A stretch of DNA of 64,000 nucleotides from Amoebophrya sp. A120 (Eukaryota > Protista > Dinoflagellata). Of the stretch, positions 49,901-61,900 are shown piece by piece (the first letter of the stretch is position 1; each line of letters opens with the position of its first letter). Both the position numbers and the translations under genes were made by a program. Where the stretch lies: NCBI GenBank assembly GCA_905178155.1, contig CAJINV010000003.1, forward strand, positions 5,418,251 to 5,482,250, given 5' to 3'. The notes beneath the pieces were generated by a model, which was not told the DNA's origin, did not search any database, and worked only from the letters and a program-made list of their open reading frames with translations.

Positions 49901-52900
49901 GGTGGTGTTCACGCGATCATTGGTCACTTCGATTTCGACGCGGAACGGATCGTCCGTGGGACAGCTGTTGTCCGCGCGGTGTCCCTGGTTCTCAAAACTG
50001 AGCTCGTACGCACTGCCGTCCGCGGTTGTCAAACACTCGAGCGCGGTGTGTGCCGTGTTCAGCGCCCAGTCTTGCGAGTCCACGAGGCCGGAGAGGTCCC
50101 AGTCCACCACGTTCGGGGAGGCACAGACCGCATCCCGAAACACGTTCCGCATCCGCACCAGCTTGGCCGCGCCGAAGACCCAGTGCGAGACGCAGGGCTT
50201 GGCCCGGCGCGCGTTGTCGAACATGTCCGAGATCACGCCCACCGCACCCACGTCCCAAAGGGTCACGTTGGGCTCCGCGACGATCGCATCCTGGAACATG
50301 CCCTCGAACGTGGTCGCTTTACTCACGGCCCACTTGCCCGTCTGGGCTTGTGCGGCTCGCGCGTTCTGGAACATCCGCGTGAAGTCGCGGCCACTGGACA
50401 CATCCCACTCCCGCACATCCGGGTCGAATGTCGTGGCGTTGGCGAACGCGTCGCCGAAATCAGTCACCTGCGAAACATCCCACAACGGCACCTCGAAGTT
50501 CGCCAGAACGCTGTCCTTGAAGGTCGCCTTTAGCGTCTTCACTTTCGTGATTTGCCAGGATGCAAGCGAAGTCGCTGCGTAGGTAGCCGAAACCGTGTTC
50601 AAATCCGCGGTATCGAGGGCACTGAGTCCTGCGAAGGCATAGGCGAGGTCCGTCACTTGCGTCACCTTTGTGGCCCAGTTGCCCAACCCCGCGAGGTTGG
50701 TCAGCGACTTGGCGCTCTGGAACATCCGGCGCATCGTGTATCCCACAGAAAAAAGCTGGCAGGGCATATTTGTAATGCAAAAATAAATATGCAGAAAAAT
50801 TTGTCGTGGGTGGCCCCATAGCATGCTGTTTCGGATACGCAATACAGATTTTTCTGTGTATTTATTTTTGCATTTTACAAATATGCCCTGCCAGCTTTTT
50901 TCTGTGTGATATCGTGGTCACACTGCCGACCTCATACGAGGACACGTCCAGCGACGCCAAGTCTTGTACGTTCTCAAACATGGCTTCCGTGCTCGTGACA
51001 GTCGGCCAGTAGCGCGACAGCAGCTGTGCGGTTTGCGGGTGCGGGACCAGGAGCGACTCCGCACCTTGAATATGAGAAGGCACAAGAACTCCCCCCCCCC
51101 TCATTTGTATGTTGGCATGAAGTAGAGCAACACAAGCGCTGGCAAAGATGCAGCTTTTGCTTGACAAATTGCTAGAGGATTGTACGTACTGCTGTTTTGG
51201 ATAAAATAAAAATTCCGGAGTCTGTCATGCAAACAGTGCTAACAGGCAAAGGGTGGACTTGCAATTTTGCATGACAAATGAGGGGGAGGGCGAGCAGTTG
51301 TGCACTTTCATATTGAAAGAGGAACGGATACAAAACTGCGCCGCTCGTGCCGATAGCACGCAGCGTGCGGAAGCTCTTTTTCCACGCCCGAATCTCCTCG
51401 AACCGCGTGCCGTTACCGAGCTCCACCTCTGCGCGGTAGGCCGCCGGCGCGATGCGAAAGTGGATGGCCTCTCTTGCGCCCGTACTGTAGTCGAGCGTCT
51501 CCTCCATCAGGTCCTTCCACTGGGCGATTGCGCCGCGGACCACCACCGAGTACGTGCCCACGCTCGCGTAGGTGTGGTTGTGCGCGCCCCCCTGGATGTC
51601 GGAGCTTCCGTCGGCCGCCCCGGCGACAGAGAAGCAGTCCGCGCAGCGCACATAGGAGGCAAAGTCGCCTTCCTCTGCGCGCTCGCCGTCCCCCCAGTGC
51701 ACCGTGAACCGGTTGCCCGTCTCGTCGTCGTACAGGGGCAGCCGCACGTTCAGCTGAGCCGGGTCCGTCAACTCGATGTCTATGCGGAACGGCGAGTCCC
51801 CTGGGCAGTTGGAGTCGCCCCCGTCCGTGGTCATGCGCCACAGGTCGTCCGCATTGTCCTGCCACCGTGCTGCACAGGAACTTTTCAACGCGGTCCCGTC
51901 CAGCCACGCTTCGTTCTTCGTTACATTCTGCAACTTCCAGCGGGCAATGTTGGGGCTGGCGCAGGGAGCGTCCTTGAACATCGTGTCCAGCAGCAGATGC
52001 TGCTGGGCGTGGGAGACAACCGGCCAGTACGTCACGCACGGGTTGGCCCGCGCTGCGGCCCGGAAAGTGCCCGACATGTCGGTCACCTTCTGAACCTGCC
52101 ACAACCGCACGTCGGGATCCGCCTTCACGATCGCGCGGAACATGCCCCGCGTCACCTCGGCGTTCCGTAAGTCCCAGTTGGTCACGTTCAGGGACTGGGC
52201 CGTGTAGCCGCGGAACAAATTCGCAAAGACTCGGCCACTCCCGGTGTCCCAGGCGGAGACGTCGAGATCCGCGGCGGTGGCGCCACGGAACATGTCGGCG
52301 AAGTTGGAGACCTTGGTGACATTCCAGTTCCTCACGTCCGGATTGGCGGCGGTGGCATCGCGGAACATGCCCTGCACCTCCTCCGCCCCGCCCAGGTCCC
52401 ACAGGGCGAGATCCGGGGTCACCGTTGGGGCCTGCGCGAACAGGTGCTGGAAATGCTTCCCCGTCGCGACATTCCAAGTGGTCACGGAGGACGCGCCAGT
52501 GCCCGGGATCTGCAGCTTGGCGGCGCCCTGAAAGGCTGCGCGGAAATCCGTCACCTGCGCCACGTTCCAGTGCTCCAGGCCCGAAAGCAGTGGCACCGTT
52601 GCGGAATTGGCAAACGCGTAGGCCACGTCGGTGACCTTTGAGACGTCCCAGTTCTCCAGGTCGTTCACCGTCTGCAGCTTCGCGGTGTTCCGCAGCATGC
52701 CGCGAAGACTGCGCGCGCCAGCCCAATACCGAGCAAACCGGTCGCTGTCGAGACTCGTGAGTTCGGCGATCTCCGTGCTGTCTTCGTACAGATACGCAAA
52801 CAGGCGGTGGCCCTCCTTCCCGAGGTTTCTGACCCGCCGGTACGTCCATTTTAAATTGACTACTTCCTGGTCGTGCCCGCTCGCGTGCGGCAACCTGGGA

Positions 52901-55900
52901 TCCTCGTCGTCGCGGAGGCCCTGGAGCTTCGCGTCTCCGAGTGTCGTGGTGACCTGGGCAGACTTCCACCGCGCGAGAGTGCCGCGGACGGTCACCTCGT
53001 AGCGGCCCGGATCAGTGTAGGTATGCGTGCTGACACCGAAAGTCCGGCGGAAGAGCTTGCTCCCGAGCCCGCCCGTCAGCGTCACGTCGGGGCTTGAAAC
53101 TTGGGCCAGGTCGCACTGCCGGTACCGAGCACAGACCCCGCGGGAGGCGTTCGCCACGAACCAGAAAAAATTGCACTGTGGGTCCGGCTTACAGACCGCG
53201 GCGCACCCCTGCTCCGACTGTAATTTGTTCGAAGGCAGCTGCGTGTTCGTGGCGTCGTCCAGGGCAATCAAATCCTGACTCTCTACGTTGCAGTACGCGT
53301 TCACGTGGTACAGTTCGAATGCAGTGTACTCCAAAACGGCGAGATCCGGGCTCGACATGTTTGCTAGCGTGAGCTGCCGTCTATCCGGATGGACGAAGTC
53401 CTGCAATTTGAGGTTCTGCGCGTCTCCCCAGAATATCGTGAAGGCGTGCGCGTCGTCGAGGTTCAGCGGTAGTTTCACCGTGAGTGGGGCGGACTCTACC
53501 TCAATCCGAACACGAAACGGGTCGTCATCGTTGCACTTGAGGTCCGCACCCCGACCGAAGGCAGCGTTCTGCTTGTCGTCGTTGAAGTTTTCCGTCATCT
53601 CCGCCGCACCGCAGAGGTGCAGCTGCCCCGCGCCCGTTGCGACGTCCTCACTCCCCACCTCGAGGGACGGGGTCAAACCGTCCACCAAGAAGTCCGACCA
53701 GAAGCCTTCTGCCAGGTTTGGCGTTGCGCAGGTGGCGTTGTAAAACATGCGCCGCACGGTGGCCACCTTTTGCACGTTCCAGCTGGACACGCACGGATTG
53801 GCCTTCACCGCGTGCGCAAACATTCGCTCCGTAGTCTTCACGGAGTCCGTTTGCCAGGCCGTGACGTTTGGTTTCGCCACGGAGGCAGATTCGAACAGAG
53901 CATGCATGCTGGTCACTTTGCGAACGTCCCACTTCGTCACGGTCGGGTTGGCGCTGGCCGCACCCTGAAACACATCCGCCAGGTTTTCCGCGCTTCCCAC
54001 ATCCCAGAGGCTCACGTCCGGATCGGCGACCACAGCACCACGGAACAAAGCGTTGAAATCCGTGACGCCGGACACATCCCATTGGCTCACGTCGGGGTCT
54101 GCAATCTCCAAGTTCTCGAACATCTGCCCCACGTGGCGTGCTTTCCGCGTCTGCCACTTGGACACATCCGGGTTGGCCTTGTGCACGTTCGAGAACGTCG
54201 CCTCGAACGTCGTCACGTTGTGCACCGCCCAGTTCTCCGTGGCCGAAGGCACCACGCTTGTCAACGCGACCGAGTCCGCGAACAGGGCCCGCATCGTCTG
54301 CGCCGCTTGAACATTCCAGGAGGCCAACCCACTTATTGTCTGCAGCTGCGTGCAATTTTGAAAGGTGGACTCGAACTCCTGGACCTCCGCCAGGCTCCAG
54401 GACGCCGCGTCGATCGCGGACAGGGAAACGCAATTGCGAAACATGGCACTGATACTGGTCATCGCCGCGCCACTCCAGTACCGGTTCAGCAGCGACGGCC
54501 GCACCGACAGGGAGCTGCTCTCCACTTTGGTAGCGCCATCAAACAGGTTCTTTAGCAGATTGCCCGTGCCGGCGTGCTGGTAGCCGACGTTGAGCAACTG
54601 CTTCCAGGCCTGCTTGTAGTCCACCACCGCGGGCTCGTTTTCAACATCGTTGGCGGGTTGCCACCCCGAGCTTATCTCCTTGAAGCGCACGGTGATCACG
54701 TACTCCCCCGGCCGGTTGTAGGTGTGGTTGTAGGTAGTGAGAAACCGGTGCACGGACGTCCCCCCTTCCGCCACTATCCTGAGTAAAAACGTCCCCACAC
54801 CAGAGTCAGGATGGGGATTTTGCAACACAAACCTAGGAGTTTTGGGAGTCACGCATGACAAATTGCACTCCGCAGTGTAGACTAGTGCAGGTTAGCAAGT
54901 GCAGCCGCATCACAGATTCATCTGCTCATCCTGTTCACAGCATCACAAATTCAAAAACACGATTGGAAATGGCTCTCATGGGGATGCGCATTACAAGTCT
55001 TCCAGTCTTTGCAAATCTGCATTGCAACTCTGGTGTGGGTACGTTTTTACTCAGGATAGCCACCGCGGTTTCGTTGTCCGGCTTGAAATCGGGATGCAGT
55101 TCGGTGTCCCCATCGGGATCGTCCCAGTACACGGTGACCTGGTCGGAACTGGCGTCCTCCCACGAGATAGGGATCGTCACCGTGTACTATCAAATTTTGC
55201 AAATTATATGTCTGGGTCTGGTGGAAACTTGTGATGCAAATCTCTGAATCTGAAAAATGGTGTTGGTGGGCGCACTACAATATAATGCAGCCAAGCATGA
55301 CAAGTTTTTGCACTGCCATGTGTTTCGTTTTCCGCATGGCAAACTGCGTCTTTGCATGACAGGCAAGAGGCCCCGTTCCTGCTTCCGCATCACAGATTAT
55401 ACTAAGAGTCATGCCAGACAAGCATGACAAGTCCTACGTTCTTCCAGACGGCCCAAACACTTTTGCAATGCATATGTACGGAACCGTGTCGATCTTGAGC
55501 TTGACACGGAACGGATCCTCGTCCTCCGGGCACGAGGTGTCCGCTCCGTCGGCGGTGGAGGCCAGCTCGTCGGCGGTTGGGCTTGCCAAGTCGGCCACGT
55601 CGCGGAAGTGGCTCGCGTCGGCGCAATTGTACGTGTCCGCCCCGGCGAAAAGCCCCGCCCGAAACAGGACGGACCGCCGCTGCGTGCTGTTTTCCACAAT
55701 GTCCGTCACCTTCGAGAAGTCCAGCCGTGCAACGTTGGGGGTGGCGCAGTGGGCGTCTGCGAGGAAGCCCTTCACCTTCTCCAGCGAGGGCGTGTGCCAA
55801 CGCCCGAGGCACGGCACGACGAGCTTCGCCTCCCGGAACATGCCGGCGATGCTGGTGACCTTGCTCACGTCCCAGTACGTCACGTTCACCTTGCGGGCGC

Positions 55901-58900
55901 TCGGGGTCTTGCGGAACATGGAGCCAAGGTCCACCGCCTGTGCGGTGTCCCAGTTGGCCGTTTCGGGGTCGGCCTTCGCGGCCTGCCGGAACATGGCGTT
56001 GAAGTTGCGCGCCCGCTTCGTGTCCCACAATCCCGTGCTCGGCTGCGCCTCCAGCGTGCGGCGAAACATGTCGCTGAAATCCGTCACCCGCCCCGTCTGC
56101 CAGGCAGCCACGTCCGGGTTGATCGCGAGCGCGGAATCGAACATCCCTTGGAAGGACTTGGCGTTGCCGGTGTTCCAGTTTTTCAGGGGGAAATTCACGC
56201 GCCCCGAGTTGAGAAACAGTTGCGAGAAGTCGGTCACCAGGCTGACGTCCCACTCCTCCAGTACGTCGTTCGCCAGGCTGCTGTCGCCGCTGGAATGCAC
56301 CGGCACCAGGTTGGGGGTGTCGGCAAACAGCCGGCGCAGACTGGTCACCTGCCCCACGTCGTGCCACAGGTCCAGCCCCTTCACCGACTCCAGATATCGT
56401 GCGCCCGCAAACAGGTTCACCAGGTTGTCGATGTTCCCGGTTACGTACCACTTCGTTGTGTCGAGGTGCGTAACCGCCACCGCTTTCTCGAACATGGACC
56501 TGAGCGACGTCACCAAGGGCCAGTGTCGCTCCAGCACCGGGTCCAACTGGTTTCCCGGACTGCGGATGGGGTAGTTGGTGGCCTCCTGCAGGAGGAAGGG
56601 GAACAGGCGCGGCCCGCTGGACCCCAGCGACCGGAGGGTGCGCCAGCTCTGCTTCCACTGCTTCTTCAGCGCCTTGTCGGGACTCCCGGGCACGATGTCG
56701 TGCCATCCCGCCACGCGACCGCGAATCAAAACTTCGTAGGTGCCGGCCGCGGCGTAGGTGTGCGTGGTGGCCCGGGTTTTGGTAGCGCGACTGCTGCCGA
56801 AGTGGGCGAAAAGCATGTCGGACTCTTCCAGCGTCTTGCTGCCGTACTCGCTGTCCCCCCAGTAGATGGTGAACGCGTTAGCGTTGGTGCCGTGCTCGTC
56901 CCAGACGACCTGGTTGTGCACCCCCGCCTCCAAGTCCGCGAGGGACGTGTGTTCATTCCAGGTCCGCAGCGGGACCATGACCTTCGTGCTGCTGCTGGGA
57001 ATCAGAATCTGCACCCGAAACGCATCGTCCTCGGGGCAGCTCGTGTCCACGTACCCGTTACTGGCATCTGCAAATAGCTCGGCGTCCGACAGCGTGCACT
57101 CATCGTCGGTGCCGGCCACCGCAGACCGGCGCAGAAACGACGCCGTCTTGTGGAAGGCCTGGTCTGCCCCGTCCGGGCCAAGCAACGACCGCAGCGTCCA
57201 GAAGGCCACGTTGGGAGACGCACAGCTGGCCTGCGCGAACGCCGCCTGCATAGCCTGCAGCCGCTCCACGTTCCAGAACGAAACGCAGGGGCGCGCGATT
57301 TTCGCGTTGAAGAACATGCGCTCCATCGTGAGCAGCGAGTCGGTGCCCCAGTAGGTCACGTTGGGCTCCGCCGCCGTGGCGTTTTCGAACATGCTGCGCA
57401 TGCTGGTCACGAACTCGGTTTGCCACTTGCTCACCGCAGGCTTCGCCGTCAGCGCGTCCTTCCACATCCGCTCCATGGAGGTCGCGCGCCCCGTGGTCCA
57501 GTTTCCCACAAACGGGTTTGCCTTCACCGCTATCAAATGCAAAAGCGTCTGGGTCTGGAAGATTCTGAGACCTGTCATGCACGTTTTGCATGAGCCATGA
57601 TGTCTGTGTGTGATGCATGCCCTAGCATCACAGATTTTTTGAGGGCCTCCTGATGCCTGTTCCGCAAGACAAATGCCCTCTCCGCGTAGCAAAAATTACA
57701 TGCCGTTTGCTGCTCATGCAATACAGATTTTTTTGGAATCCAAGTCCAGCATCACAAGTTGCATTTTTCTTCCAGACCCAGACATATTTGCATTTGATAA
57801 CCGCGTTTTCGAACATGCTCGTGTAGTCTTCCACCCGGGTTACATCCCACCGGGAAAGGTCGGGGACCGCCTCCTCCGCGTTGCGGAGGAAGGTCGCGAG
57901 GCTGGTCACCTTGGACACGTCCCAGTTGCTGCAGTCCGGGTTGGCCACCGCCGCGCCGTCGAACATACCACTCAGGTCCCGCGTTTGCCCGGTGTTCCAG
58001 TTCGCGGTTTCCGAGGTGAGGCGCAGCTGCGCGTTCTGCTGAAACATCCGCCCCAGGTCCTTCGCGCTGGAAAAGTCCCAGGTCTCGATTCCGGGGACCT
58101 GGGTCAGGCTCACGCAGTTCTGGAACATGCCGCTGAAGTCGGTCACCGTGCTATCGAAAGGAAAACTCCCCCCTCCCCATATCGAAAACGAAATTTGTGG
58201 TGCTGTATTTGAGAACACAAATCAGCTTTGTATTGCAGGAAGGCATTCCGGCCAGATCCCCAGCCTAGGCAGGGGTGTATGGGTCTAGTTGTTCAGCATG
58301 GCAAACGGCTCCCTTTTAGGCCCAACAGCATGACAAATCGCTTCCATAACGGGGCGAAGCTTCTGGCCTTGTCTTCTTGCAAGACAAATGTGAGTTGNNN
58401 NNNNNNNNNNNNNNNNNNNNNNNNNNNNNNNNNNNNNNNNNNNNNNNNNNNNNNNNNNNNNNNNNNNNNNNNNNNNNNNNNNNNNNNNNNNNNNNNNAAA
58501 CGGCTCCCTTTTAGGCCCAACAGCATGACAAATCGCTTCCATAACGGGGCGAAGCTTCTGGCCTTGTCTTCTTGCAAGACAAATGTGAGTTGTGACCTCA
58601 AATCAGCAACACAATTTTTCGGAGTCATGCCTTTTCGATGTGGGGAGGGGGGATTTTTCCTTTTGATACGAGCCGGTCTTCCAGTCGGTGCCGTTCAGCA
58701 GACTCAGGGCGCGCGCCCCGGCGAACATCCCACTCATGGACTCCACCCCGGTCAGGTAGCGTCCCAGGAGCGTCGGCTCCGGCAGCGAGTACAAGCGGAT
58801 CGCGTCCTGGAAGAGCCCGGAGAACAGGTTTGGGCCCGAGGCACCCAGCGTGGTGGCCGAGTAGAGGACGTTGCGCCACCTCGTGATGTCCTGCAGAGCC

Positions 58901-61900
58901 ACCGCCTCCTCCACCTCCGTCCGCGACGGCGTGGTCCAGCCCTCCAGCTTGCCGCGGATGATCACGTCGTAGATGCCGGCCTGCGAATACGCGTGCACGG
59001 CGCTGGTCTGGTACCAGGTTTGCGACCGCACCACGCGGCCGTACACCACAACTTCCATCCAGTCGATCTCGCGATTGGCGTCCGCCACGTCGCCGCTCAG
59101 CAGCTGCACCCACACGTACTGCCCCTGCGCGCCCTGGCAGTCCACGGTGACGAGGAAGTCGTTGGCCGAGGTACTGGCCAGCATGTCGGCCACGGTTTAT
59201 GCATTGGAAAAGTATCATACTCGTAAGTCAATCAATCGTTCACGTCTAAGAGTAGGGCCGACGCGAGCAGGTTCTGCGTCTTTGGCCACAGTTCGGTTCC
59301 TTGCAAGCTGTTCTCGAAGAGGGGACTTCAAACTCGTAAAGAAACTGTGGCTAAAGTAAAGCTCCAGTATTATTCTCAAGTAAAACGAAAACAGGAACTA
59401 AAGTGGCTAGTGTAAACTAAAACTAAGAAGGAAAACTGTATTCGTAGAGGAAGTGCGAACTAAAAATATTTTTCTGAGACTTTACTTGTTGGCATTTGAA
59501 ACTGTTTCAGACCTGTTTTGTTGTTGAGCTGAACTTTTTTTTTGTGGTTTGTTGCTGGCAGGTATGTGGCGTAAAAATGAGAGTATGCTTTGACTTGATC
59601 AAAGTATAAATGCATTTACAAATTTCCTCAGCATGAGAAATACAATTTGTAATGCTGATCTGCCTTGGGTAATGCATGACTGCACTACGAGTACGATAGA
59701 TTTGCACAGGATACGGTCACGGTCGCGCAGACGGTGCCGGAGCAGCGGCTGGTTCCGCTGCACGGGAGATCGCTCACCCCCACTTGGTACCCGCATCCGT
59801 CGTCCGGTATGCTGCAGGTGCAGGCGGCGGAGCTGGCGTCCGATTCGCAATTGGCCGTCCTCTATCAAATGCAAACATGTCTGGGTCTGGAAGATTCATG
59901 TATGATTCCACCCGGTCATGCAAAGCCCGGACCTTCTGCTTCTCCCCTGGAAATAAGTAGCAACTCACGCCATATCACCCACTCCGAAGAGCAGGCGAAC
60001 CGCCGAACTTCCCCTGAATGATCCGAACGCGGACCACAAAGAATGTCTGTTTTGCATGAACTCCGTCCAATATTAAAAGTTGCCCACTTATTGCTACGCA
60101 AATAAAAAGTACGGAGCTTCATCTCATGAGGCACAGGCATCACGAAGCCTGCGCAAAAACCTGGAGTGCTTCTGGGTGCAGCATTCCAGGTCGGCTGCGT
60201 GGTGTTGATCCGCAAGATGCAATAGACAAATCTGCAGCCCCAGACATCATATTTGCATTTGATATTGTTCCGGAGGTGACCAGGCGCCAGCGCGTGGAGG
60301 ACGCGGGGTGTACGGTGACCAGCGTGAATTCCCGGGGACTCGGGAACTGGACCTGAAACCACATGTTTTTGCCGGGGGCCGACTTGCACGGGACTCCCGA
60401 GTTGATCGCCCCGTCCGTGCAACTACTCGCCCCGAAAGCGGCGGCCAGCTCGCTCCCCTGCGACGCTACGATGGCTCCGTCGGCCAGGTTTGTGTACGAC
60501 AGCCTTTCCGAAGTGTACTTGGCCTGCGAGAATACGGCGTCGCTCAGAAGCGGCCCCTGGTCCAGGGGCAGCGCCGCGTCACTCCGGGGCGCTCCCGTCC
60601 GCGGAAGCACCGTCCCCGGGGAAAGACCCGCAACCGCCTGCAGCGCAGGTTTGGGCAAACCCGAATCCCCCCAGTAGACCGTAAATCCGTGGTCCCCCTG
60701 GTCCGTGAGCGGAATGCGCAGCGGCACGCCAACCATGTCGCTTTCGATTTGCACTTGGATCCGATATGGGTCATCCTCTGCGCACCCGACGTCCAGCGCC
60801 TGCGCGTTGAATGGGAGGTTGGTGCACTGCCCCGGCAGGCCTGCTCGGTATATCGTAAGGAAAAATCCCCCCTCCCCTCCATACTGAAAGCGTATAGATG
60901 CTGTCGGAAATTTGTGATGCCGATTTGTGGTCACAACTCGTGTCTGTCTTGCAAGAAGGCAAACCCAGAAGGCCCCCCGCATTATGCAGGCGGTTTGTGA
61001 TGCTGTTGGGCCTACAGCATGGACTTTTGTCATGCCGAGCGCCTAGGCCAAAACCTGTCCACTCCGGCTTGATACGAGCCTGCAGTCCTCTATTGCAAGA
61101 CAAGGCTGATTTGTGTACGCAAATCCAGCATCAGAAATTCCATTTTGATATGGGGAGGGGGGATTTTTCTCTTTGATACGGTACCCCCAGCCTTCCGAAT
61201 CGACCACCGCAGTCAGGTCCCAACTGTGCAAGTTTGGCGTCGCGCACACTGCGTCGCGAAACATGTTCCTCAAGTTCGTCAATTTGTTGGACACCGCCCA
61301 GCTGCTGACGCAGGGGTGGGCTATCGTGGCTCCGTGGAACATGGAGGTGAAATCCTGCGCCGACCCCACCGCCCAACCCTTGACCCGCGGATTGAACGCG
61401 GCCGCGTTTGCGAAGGCGTAACTAAAATCCGTTACCTGGGATACGTCCCACGCTTCGTCTGTCCTGAGCAAAAACGGGGCCCACACCCCATAGTCAAGTT
61501 GGTAAATCTGCAACACAAATGATCTCCAGGCCTTGGGAGTTCTGCATGACAACATTCCATCTGCAGTGTAGTGGTGGTCTGCAAGGGAAGCTGCATGAGA
61601 AAGCCATTTTGATTTTCTCGTCTTGTTTTTTTACACCATTTTTACAAATGCCAAAACACTACTGGAAACACCTCTCATGGAGTTGGAGATGCGCATTGCA
61701 TGACAACTCTGGGGTGGAGACGTTTTGGCACAGGATATCGACTGTGAAATCCAGGAGCGGACTGTCCTTGAACACGCCCTTCAGACTTTTCACTTTCGAT
61801 ATCGCAAGAAAAAAGCGCTACAGTTACACATTGTGTTGCAGGAGCCGCAAGACAGACAACCTTTGTCATGCAGGAGATGCTTGCGAGCCTCGTTTCCTAC

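Noticed and set aside
48254-57077. Long plus-strand ORFs (e.g. 48254-49870, 55608-57077)
   Set aside because: Antisense shadows of GC3-rich coding exons.
58303-58592. ~95-bp tandem duplication
   Set aside because: Flanks a 100-N gap; an unmerged contig overlap.
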